Below, piece by piece: positions 8,786-15,308 of a stretch of 41,610 bases of DNA (positions are counted from its first letter, which is position 1; each line of letters starts with the position of its first letter). The notes beneath the pieces are model-generated. The model was not told where the DNA came from. It did no database searches and saw only the letters and a program-made list of their open reading frames with translations. The DNA comes from a virus (lineage: Duplodnaviria > Heunggongvirae > Uroviricota > Caudoviricetes). A program made the translations under genes and the position numbers. Location: the IMG/VR virus record IMGVR_UViG_3300046355_000236; one strand, 5' to 3'.

Positions 8786-9165
8786 CTTACCTTCGAGCAG
8801 ATCTTTGAAGATATTACAGTGTTTTGTACGTCCTGTTTTTTAATTTTGGATTCGGTACAAATGTATGTAACACGTCTTATATCTTCTTTTCTAACATAAA
8901 CGTTTACTTGTTTTGTTTCAAGATACTTTATGTTAATCAGCTTGCTCTCAGATGCAAATGTTACTGGCCCCCAGTCGCTATCGAAAACACCCAGCTCATA
9001 ATATTCAACATCTTTACGTTTATTAAACAACTCCATCTTCGTGGTCATGACCCCATCGATGAATGAGTATTGAAACTTAGGATAAGTCGGCAAAAATTGG
9101 TGGGCGCTTGCTGTTGCACTCCCACCAATTATGATCATAATTATCACAAAAACATAATGAAACAT
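8782..9165 (-). CDS. Exported protein resembling the PapD/FimC pilus chaperone N-terminal domain
   Basis: Signal peptide ending ASA. The pattern PTYPKF / MELFN / YYELGVFD / INIKYLETKQVNVYV parallels the PapD-N strands. C-terminal Cys pair. Confidence 0.5.
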   Translation of the reverse strand: MFHYVFVIIMIIIGGSATASAHQFLPTYPKFQYSFIDGVMTTKMELFNKRKDVEYYELGVFDSDWGPVTFASESKLINIKYLETKQVNVYVRKEDIRRVTYICTESKIKKQDVQNTVISSKICSKVR

Positions 9166-9174
9166 AATATACTC

Positions 9175-9672
9175 TTAAACAGCGATACAGGATGCAGTCA
9201 CGATCGCTCTGTAGGTGCCGGCAGGGAATGCCTTGTTGTATCCGTACTCAGCTTTTGATTCTGCCTTGAACCACACAGAACCTGGAACAGTAAGACTGAT
9301 TTCTGTTGTGTTGTTATATTGCACTTTGTTAGTAGAATATGCAGACATTGCTGCATCTGTAACTCTGCTAACATCGACGTTACCTGTCCACTTTACAACA
9401 TCGGAAAGTGTTGGGCTCGTCGAGAAAGAGTTTGGGGTTGTAATAACAGCCTTGTAGAATCCGGACTGCACAACATCGTAACGAACGACTGGTTGTACAC
9501 CACCATCTACTGGAAGGGTGCTTAGTACACTTGGCGATGGGTTACCATATACGCCGGGTGTTTCTGTGTAGATTACACATCTGGATGTGACAATTCCTGT
9601 AATAGGAATATCCTCTGACGATGCAAACAGTGGTGTTGCAAGCAGAGCGGTTAATAGAATTTTTTTGAACAT
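9175..9672 (-). CDS. Exported chaperone-usher/SCPU-type pilin-like subunit
   Basis: Signal peptide, N-terminal IPITGIVTSRC (donor-strand-like), S/T/V-rich beta composition and C-terminal PAGTYRAIVTASC. AAGGA RBS. Confidence 0.55.
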   Translation of the reverse strand: MFKKILLTALLATPLFASSEDIPITGIVTSRCVIYTETPGVYGNPSPSVLSTLPVDGGVQPVVRYDVVQSGFYKAVITTPNSFSTSPTLSDVVKWTGNVDVSRVTDAAMSAYSTNKVQYNNTTEISLTVPGSVWFKAESKAEYGYNKAFPAGTYRAIVTASCIAV

Positions 9673-9699
9673 TTCTGTATCCTTGGTTTTGTTAGGGTG

Positions 9700-10563
9700 T
9701 TACTTATTGTATTGCGAATCTACCATTGCCCGGTGCAAACTTTCTTGTGCGAGGCCAAGACTTCTTGCTCTTCGTGAGTCTGGTAGCTTCTTGTCAGGAT
9801 AACTAAGAACTTCTTTGTATACACCACCTGGTATATTTATACTATACAAGTCTAAACCGGGTATATTATTCAACATTTCGAGTTGAGATGCCTTTTGTGC
9901 ATCCTCAGGCCGTACCATATTATTGGTTACAACCTTCTTTTCTGCGGGTTCTTTGTCGTTTTTTTTCGACTTAGATTCCACAGCAACCTTCTTTTCTTCT
10001 TCGAGGGTTGTTTTATTTTCTATTGCACTTTTTAGATACTCATTGGACAACGGATCTATTGGCTCAGCCGCTTTTAGTGTTAGGTTTTTGAGCATTGCTT
10101 CTGCATATCCTGGGCAACTTGGGCTGCTTAATGGATCAGAGCAGGTGTCGTATCTGTACTTGTATACAACGGATGGATTCTTGACAACACCTTTTCCGTC
10201 CACGGCAATCTCACCATCACCCCAATACTTACCGGCTATGTTATCAACAGGGATCACTTTAGTGATGGAGTTACCTGGAAGGCCAGACCAGTCGTCTTGT
10301 TTTCTGAATATAAACCCACTACCTAATGCGTTTTTGTTCTGAATAGAAACAACCATAGGATCTGCAGCGTTTTTTACAGTAGAATATTGGTATATCACAC
10401 CGTCAACTGTTAATCCTGTTATTGCAGGAAGAATACCGGGCATACTCCACGTCATCCCACCAGTTGCAGCGTTGGTGGTAGTTCCGTTCAATATCTCAGA
10501 GTAAGAGTAGGAGCAGCAAAGTAACGATGCCAAGGCCACCAAATAACGTCTTAGTACCATCAC
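9700..10563 (-). CDS. Exported hypothetical protein (beta-rich N-domain, CxDPLxxPxCPGY motif, charged helical C-domain)
   Basis: Signal peptide, beta-sandwich-like N-terminal half and a DTCSDPLSSPSCPGY Cys motif. Confidence 0.7.
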   Translation of the reverse strand: MMVLRRYLVALASLLCCSYSYSEILNGTTTNAATGGMTWSMPGILPAITGLTVDGVIYQYSTVKNAADPMVVSIQNKNALGSGFIFRKQDDWSGLPGNSITKVIPVDNIAGKYWGDGEIAVDGKGVVKNPSVVYKYRYDTCSDPLSSPSCPGYAEAMLKNLTLKAAEPIDPLSNEYLKSAIENKTTLEEEKKVAVESKSKKNDKEPAEKKVVTNNMVRPEDAQKASQLEMLNNIPGLDLYSINIPGGVYKEVLSYPDKKLPDSRRARSLGLAQESLHRAMVDSQYNK

Positions 10564-11041
10564 TCATTCCTTCTGTATTTTCTTCAATCTTACCTGGTTG
10601 AAGTTTCTTATTCGTTTTCCATTGTTCTTTAGCCTCTGCACCGATTGTTCCATCGAAAGGACATGGCGTACCAGCCATCATCATAGCGTCGAAGACTCGT
10701 TTATCCTGACAGAGTGTAGAAACTGCTGCTACCTTCATACCCATATCGTATAGGGTTTTGGATAGTTTCAATCGCTCACAATTCATGTCACGAACGGTTG
10801 TTCCAGCGGACAGACCTAAAATCTGTGTTTGAACAGCACCAGCGACGCCGACTGTACACAAATCCGAGTTGGATATGTTCATAGTAGGGGTAATAGCAGA
10901 TGCTGGAGGTGATTTGAGTGTTGTGACAGAATCAGAGTACGAATTCACCGTGCTTCTGGTGGTCGAATCTGTGACGATTGGCTCTGCGTTGGCCAATCCC
11001 ATGCTCATAATCAATAAAACGAAAAGGATGAATTTACTCAC
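10496..11041 (-). CDS. Exported Cys-rich protein with C-terminal membrane anchor
   Basis: Signal peptide ending ANA. SPPASAI..P, DLC, NCERLKLSK.L...GMKVAAVS.LCQD.RV..AM..AGTPCP motifs, and a terminal hydrophobic tail. AGGA RBS before the GTG start. Confidence 0.75.
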   Translation of the reverse strand: MSKFILFVLLIMSMGLANAEPIVTDSTTRSTVNSYSDSVTTLKSPPASAITPTMNISNSDLCTVGVAGAVQTQILGLSAGTTVRDMNCERLKLSKTLYDMGMKVAAVSTLCQDKRVFDAMMMAGTPCPFDGTIGAEAKEQWKTNKKLQPGKIEENTEGMSDGTKTLFGGLGIVTLLLLLLL

Positions 11042-11073
11042 GTGGTATTCCTAGGTTGCACTTGATCAGCCCA

Positions 11074-11081
11074 TATTTATA
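11074..11081 (-). promoter_or_regulatory. T4-type late promoter (gp55-dependent) TATAAATA
   Basis: Plus strand TATTTATA equals TATAAATA on the minus strand, 32 nt upstream of the first gene of the minus-strand operon. Confidence 0.75.
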
Positions 11082-11088
11082 AAACTCG

Positions 11089-11117
11089 TTGACAGTTTTG
11101 ACAGTTTGGATTACAAT
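11089..11117 (+). promoter_or_regulatory. Sigma70-type early promoter
   Basis: TTGACA (11089-11094), 17 nt spacer, TACAAT (11112-11117). Confidence 0.8.
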
Positions 11118-11123
11118 CACCAC

Positions 11124-11387
11124 ATGATTACATTTCAAGAAACCAAAGACGGATACTCGTTCTTTAAAGACCGCACAGTAGTTGCGGATGGTTGTTATGA
11201 GGACGGGAGCTTTCTCCTTATCCACAACGATCAAATGAGTTCTTTCGCCAACGCCCAACAAGCATTCGTTCATCTCAAAGGTACATATAATGAGCATTCT
11301 GTCCCTCTTAAACAGTCTACAATCGACCTCTTCACGCCTGGAAAAAGAGTCGATTCTTCGGTCCGAGCAAGACCATGCGCTGTTTAA
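11124..11387 (+). CDS. Hypothetical protein, possibly leaderless
   Basis: ATG lies 7 nt after the -10 box and has no SD. Its 3' end overlaps the ligase gene by 98 nt. Confidence 0.5.
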   Translation: MITFQETKDGYSFFKDRTVVADGCYEDGSFLLIHNDQMSSFANAQQAFVHLKGTYNEHSVPLKQSTIDLFTPGKRVDSSVRARPCAV

Positions 11388-12582
11388 ACAGGTCATTAAC
11401 CTTGCACTGAATCCCTTTATTCAGTTTTACATTCGCAAGATCCCGTCCTATACTCCTAATAATACGGAGCACGCTGCTTCGCTGGCGTCTATGTTGCCAG
11501 CGTTGGGTGATCTAAGCAAGCGAGTTGTTACAGGTCATGACGCTCGTGACCGCTTGCAGAGTATTCTATCTGTTGTGAGTGCTGATGACGCCCAAGTTAT
11601 CGAGCGAATCATTCAAAAGGATTTGAAGTGTGGAGTGTCGGATGGCACAGTCAATCGCGTGTGGAAAGACTTTATCCCTTCATATCCTGTGATGTTGTGC
11701 TCTCCGTATGATGACAAAGTCATTAAAAACATTACATTCCCTGCAATCGCTCAGCTCAAGCTGGATGGTATGCGGTTCAATGCAATCGTTGATGAGCACG
11801 GTGGTGTTACATTCCGTTCACGTAACGGCAAGACGTTGGATCTTTGTGGTGAGCTTGAGCAGGAGTTCTCAAGCCTGGGTCGCTCAGTCGTATTTGATGG
11901 GGAGTTGCTTGTTGTTGATGAGGAAGGCAAAATCATGCCTCGACAACAGGGCAATGGCATTATGTCTAAGTCCATCAAAGGAACGATGACAAAAGAGTTG
12001 TCTGCACGTGTTCGAGCAAACTTGTGGGATGTGATTCCCTTGGAAGACTTCCAAAAAGGAAAGTGCAATCGTTCTTACTCGCTTCGCTTCGCTGCTTTGA
12101 ATGATTATGATCTTCCTGAGAAGATCTCAATTGTCGAAACCACATATGTTGATTCGTTGGATGCTGCTCGTGATATCTTCCAGATCTATCTGGAGCAAGG
12201 TCAAGAAGGCATTATTCTCAAAGATGCAAAAGGTATCTGGGAAGACAAGCGCGTCAAGAATCAGATCAAGTTTAAAGCTGAGCTGGAATGTGATTTGAAG
12301 ATTGTCAAATGGGAAATCGGTACAGGTAAAAACGCTGGTCGTTTGGGTGCATTGATTGCAGAAACCAGTGATGGCTTGTTGACAACTGGTGTCGGTACAG
12401 GTTATAGTGACGATGATCGCGATAACATTAAAGAAGATGTTGTCGGTAAGATCGTCACTGTAAAATACAATGGGTTGATTGTTGATACAAAGACAGGACA
12501 ATACAGTTTGTTCTTGCCCGTCTTTGTTGAGATCCGAGAAGACAAAACACAAGCAGATTCGCTTGAACAATTGAAAGGTTGA
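11290..12582 (+). CDS. 30: ATP-dependent DNA ligase (gp30)
   Basis: KLDGMR adenylation motif, FDGEL, EGIILK, KFK, and SLFLPVF.EIREDK. Confidence 0.96.
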   Translation: MSILSLLNSLQSTSSRLEKESILRSEQDHALFKQVINLALNPFIQFYIRKIPSYTPNNTEHAASLASMLPALGDLSKRVVTGHDARDRLQSILSVVSADDAQVIERIIQKDLKCGVSDGTVNRVWKDFIPSYPVMLCSPYDDKVIKNITFPAIAQLKLDGMRFNAIVDEHGGVTFRSRNGKTLDLCGELEQEFSSLGRSVVFDGELLVVDEEGKIMPRQQGNGIMSKSIKGTMTKELSARVRANLWDVIPLEDFQKGKCNRSYSLRFAALNDYDLPEKISIVETTYVDSLDAARDIFQIYLEQGQEGIILKDAKGIWEDKRVKNQIKFKAELECDLKIVKWEIGTGKNAGRLGALIAETSDGLLTTGVGTGYSDDDRDNIKEDVVGKIVTVKYNGLIVDTKTGQYSLFLPVFVEIREDKTQADSLEQLKG

Positions 12583-12584
12583 AT

Positions 12585-12872
12585 ATGCCTATCTACATAG
12601 TGGATACTTTAGTATCATACCGCATGAAATATGCAATTGAAGCCAACGAGCTCGAGCATGCGTTCGATGAAGTCGTGTGCAACGAAGGTATGATTATGGA
12701 AATGACACAGAACTGTCTTAGTGAGCAGATCATTGAAGGACGCGAAGTAACACTTGAAGAGTTTGACAACACTTTGAACCGGTTGCATCAAGACAAACGT
12801 GAGCTTACGTCCATATGGATGGGCCGAGAGCTAATTAATAAGGTGAATTATGAAATTCCAACTAGTGAGTGA
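12585..12872 (+). CDS. Hypothetical protein
   Basis: Packed ORF between the ligase and phosphoesterase genes. AAGG RBS. Confidence 0.7.
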   Translation: MPIYIVDTLVSYRMKYAIEANELEHAFDEVVCNEGMIMEMTQNCLSEQIIEGREVTLEEFDNTLNRLHQDKRELTSIWMGRELINKVNYEIPTSE

Positions 12873-13773
12873 CCTACATCTTGAATTCGGTCCTATTACA
12901 ATTAAAAACGCAGGCGCTGATGTTCTCATCCTCAGTGGTGACATTTGCGTTGCCAACGAACTTAATGATAACGATACTAACAATTTGTTAGGCGAAGCTT
13001 CGCGCTCTGTTAAGTATCATAAGTTCTTCCAATCGTGCTGTGAAAACTTTAAGCATGTTGTTTACGTGGCAGGTAACCACGAGCATTATCATGGTGACTA
13101 TGCAACATCTCTTCCTCGTTTGAAGGAAAAGCTTGCCTACTTGTCCAACCTCCATGTTATGGACAAAGAGGTACTAACACTCGGTGATGTCACGATTGTT
13201 GCTGGCACATTGTGGACGGATATGAATAAAGAAGATCCGAATACATTGTATTCCATCAAGGGATATATGAACGACTACAGAATTATTGAAAATACTTCAC
13301 ACGTGGTCAATTATAAAGCGGCTATTCCAAAAGACAAACCCGTAGGTATGTCGGATGAGGATTGGATTCTTGTTCCGTACGCAGAACGTACTGAATGGGT
13401 GTTTAAAACGCGTCCCGCAAAATTCTGTCCAGAAGATTCTGTTGAGGATCACAAACAGATGTTGTTTGCAATTGCAGCAGCTCTTGAGACAGCACCAGCT
13501 GATCAGAAGTTTGTTATTGTTGGTCATCACTCACCAAGCAAACTATCGACCAAACCTCGTTATGAAAAGGATGTGATTGTTAATGGAGCATACAGCTCTG
13601 ATCTGAGTGAGTTTATTCTCAGCAACCCACGGATCAAGTTGTGGACTCATGGTCACACCCATCACAATTTTGACTATATGATTGGTTCAACGCGGATTGT
13701 CTGTAATCCACGTGGTTACTATGGCTACGATGAGAACCATGAATTTAACCCTGGCATGGTGCTTGAGGTATGA
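12850..13773 (+). CDS. Calcineurin-like metallophosphoesterase
   Basis: SDLH, GD, GNHE, GHH and HGHTH motifs, plus NPRGY. Confidence 0.9.
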   Translation: MKFQLVSDLHLEFGPITIKNAGADVLILSGDICVANELNDNDTNNLLGEASRSVKYHKFFQSCCENFKHVVYVAGNHEHYHGDYATSLPRLKEKLAYLSNLHVMDKEVLTLGDVTIVAGTLWTDMNKEDPNTLYSIKGYMNDYRIIENTSHVVNYKAAIPKDKPVGMSDEDWILVPYAERTEWVFKTRPAKFCPEDSVEDHKQMLFAIAAALETAPADQKFVIVGHHSPSKLSTKPRYEKDVIVNGAYSSDLSEFILSNPRIKLWTHGHTHHNFDYMIGSTRIVCNPRGYYGYDENHEFNPGMVLEV

Positions 13774-14195
13774 CAGACTGGGATCAGCGGTTTATGGATT
13801 TAGCCACTCACGTTGCTGGGTGGTCTAAAGATCCTTCCACACAAGTTGGTGCCGTTATTGTCAACAACAAGAAGCAAGTGCTCAGTTTGGGGTACAATGG
13901 TTTTCCACGCGGTATTCAAGATTTTGAGCATCGATACCTAGATAAACCACTCAAATATAAGTTTGTTGCACATGCAGAACGGAACGCACTTGATAATGCT
14001 TTTGTTGATGTAGAAGGTGCAACGTTGTACAGTACATTGTACCCATGCACAGAATGTGCCAAAGGGATCATTCAACGTGGAATTAAAACAGTCGTAACTT
14101 CAAAACAATGGTACTCAGAGCAAGCAAAAGTTTTTGACTTCGGAGTGTCAGAAATTATGTTCCAAGAGGCTGGCATCGATGTTGTGATGTTATAA
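13770..14195 (+). CDS. cd: dCMP deaminase
   Basis: SKDPSTQVGA, GYNGFPRG, HAERNA and PCTECAK zinc motifs. Confidence 0.93.
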   Translation: MTDWDQRFMDLATHVAGWSKDPSTQVGAVIVNNKKQVLSLGYNGFPRGIQDFEHRYLDKPLKYKFVAHAERNALDNAFVDVEGATLYSTLYPCTECAKGIIQRGIKTVVTSKQWYSEQAKVFDFGVSEIMFQEAGIDVVML

Positions 14196-14198
14196 ATA
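14191..14198 (+). promoter_or_regulatory. T4-type late promoter TATAAATA
   Basis: Perfect consensus overlapping the cd stop codon, at the start of a 210 nt intergenic region. Confidence 0.75.
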
Positions 14199-14199
14199 A

Positions 14200-14385
14200 C
14201 CCATCTCAGGGATGGGAACATGGCGGCAGTAACCATGTAAACAACTGTCACTAATTTTAAGAACCTACCTTAGGTCCGTTCGTAGCTACGGTAACAGGCG
14301 TCCGTGTAATTACACCCTCGACACGAAAGTTCGAGCCAGTATAAGGTAAGCTGGGCGATATGCCTTCGGGGTATCAGTTTTATTA
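14200..14385 (+). ncRNA. Candidate structured RNA (hsp20 5' leader)
   Basis: Several hairpins, GAAA and UUCG tetraloops and two potential pseudoknots, read by eye. No family assigned. Confidence 0.55.
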
Positions 14386-14409
14386 ACTCGCTTATTTAAG
14401 GAGAACAAT

Positions 14410-14913
14410 ATGTTCAATACTAGCTTTTTCAAAGACAATACAGCTTTCAAAGACTTTGAAAAGAATTTCATTGGTTTCGAAGACCAATTCAATCGCATCT
14501 CAAAGATGCACGATGACTTGACCAAGTCCATCCCAAACTACCCTCCATACAACATTAAGAAGACTGGTGAAAATACCTATGTCATCGAAATGGCTGTTGC
14601 TGGCTTTGCTCGTCAAGACATTGAAATCGAGCTGGATGGTGGCAAGATGATCGTCAAAGGTAATGTTGCCAGCGATGACAAGCAAGAAGACTTCTTGTGG
14701 AAAGGTATTGCTGCACGTAACTTCACACGTATCTTCGCTCTGGAAGACCAAGTTGAAGTTAAGGACGCAGAGATGTTCAACGGTATGTTGAAGGTGTTCC
14801 TGGAACGCATTATCCCTGAGTCTAAAAAGCCAAAGAAGGTTGAAGTTAAAGAGAAGGCTTCCAAGTCTTCCAAACAACTTCTTACAGAAGACCCACAAGG
14901 TCGCGATCTGTAA
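14410..14913 (+). CDS. hsp20: Small heat shock protein Hsp20 (IbpA-like)
   Basis: NYPPYNI, IEMAVAGF, GIAARNFTR.F.L and NGML motifs. AAGGAG RBS. Confidence 0.95.
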   Translation: MFNTSFFKDNTAFKDFEKNFIGFEDQFNRISKMHDDLTKSIPNYPPYNIKKTGENTYVIEMAVAGFARQDIEIELDGGKMIVKGNVASDDKQEDFLWKGIAARNFTRIFALEDQVEVKDAEMFNGMLKVFLERIIPESKKPKKVEVKEKASKSSKQLLTEDPQGRDL

Positions 14914-14920
14914 TTAAGCA

Positions 14921-14950
14921 AGCCCGCCACCGTGCGGGCTATAATTTTGT
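14921..14950 (+). terminator. Putative intrinsic terminator or stabilising hairpin
   Basis: AGCCCGC-caccgt-GCGGGCT stem followed by ATAATTTTGT, just after the hsp20 stop. Confidence 0.5.
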
Positions 14951-15009
14951 TCAAAAGACATATGGGTATAAACATGCATAACGACACACAAGCTCTGGGC
15001 GGAGTAACA

Positions 15010-15159
15010 ATGCCTAGCTTCCGAGACTTCTGGAAATGGGTACTCGAAGCTTTCACACCATCATACCAGGATGAGATTGACGCATACCTTGCACAATCGA
15101 CAAGCATTTATGATTTGGAGCAGCGTATGCGCCAATTAGAGAAACGAGGAATGTTATGA
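15010..15159 (+). CDS. Small protein, DUF3563-like
   Basis: EIDAYLAQSTSIYDLEQRMRQLE resembles DUF3563 as recalled. GGAG RBS before ATG 15010. Confidence 0.6.
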   Translation: MPSFRDFWKWVLEAFTPSYQDEIDAYLAQSTSIYDLEQRMRQLEKRGML

Positions 15160-15248
15160 TTAGACGAATTGTTGACTTCTTCATGCGGATGTGTGAAGCT
15201 AGAGCAGAGCATCTAAAGAAACATCCGTACCTATCACGTCTATATTGA
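15156..15248 (+). CDS. Small hypothetical protein (30 aa)
   Basis: MIRRIVDFFMRMCEARAEHLKKHPYLSRLY, with GAGGA RBS and ATGA overlap with the upstream gene. Confidence 0.5.
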   Translation: MIRRIVDFFMRMCEARAEHLKKHPYLSRLY

Positions 15249-15250
15249 CG

Positions 15251-15279
15251 TTGACTAAACAGCAGTAAAGAGTGATACT
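15251..15279 (+). promoter_or_regulatory. Sigma70-like promoter for gene 43
   Basis: TTGACT, 17 nt spacer, GATACT. Confidence 0.55.
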
Positions 15280-15298
15280 TACTGCTGTTTTCTTTTTT
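15257..15298 (+). terminator. Intrinsic terminator
   Basis: 12 bp stem AAACAGCAGTAA / TTACTGCTGTTT followed by TCTTTTTT. Confidence 0.75.
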
Positions 15299-15308
15299 AT
15301 GGATTCCT

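Noticed and set aside
6867-11041. Mobile element or host-derived contamination as the explanation for the minus-strand block
   Set aside because: No integrase, transposase or flanking repeats were seen. The block has a phage-specific late promoter and its last stop codon overlaps the regA stop, indicating it is an integrated phage operon.
14200-14385. tRNA, group I intron or preQ1-I riboswitch interpretation of the intergenic region
   Set aside because: There is no cloverleaf with D and TpsiC loops, the region is intergenic rather than interrupting a gene, and the pseudoknot does not show the preQ1-I consensus as I recall it. It is kept only as an unassigned structured RNA.
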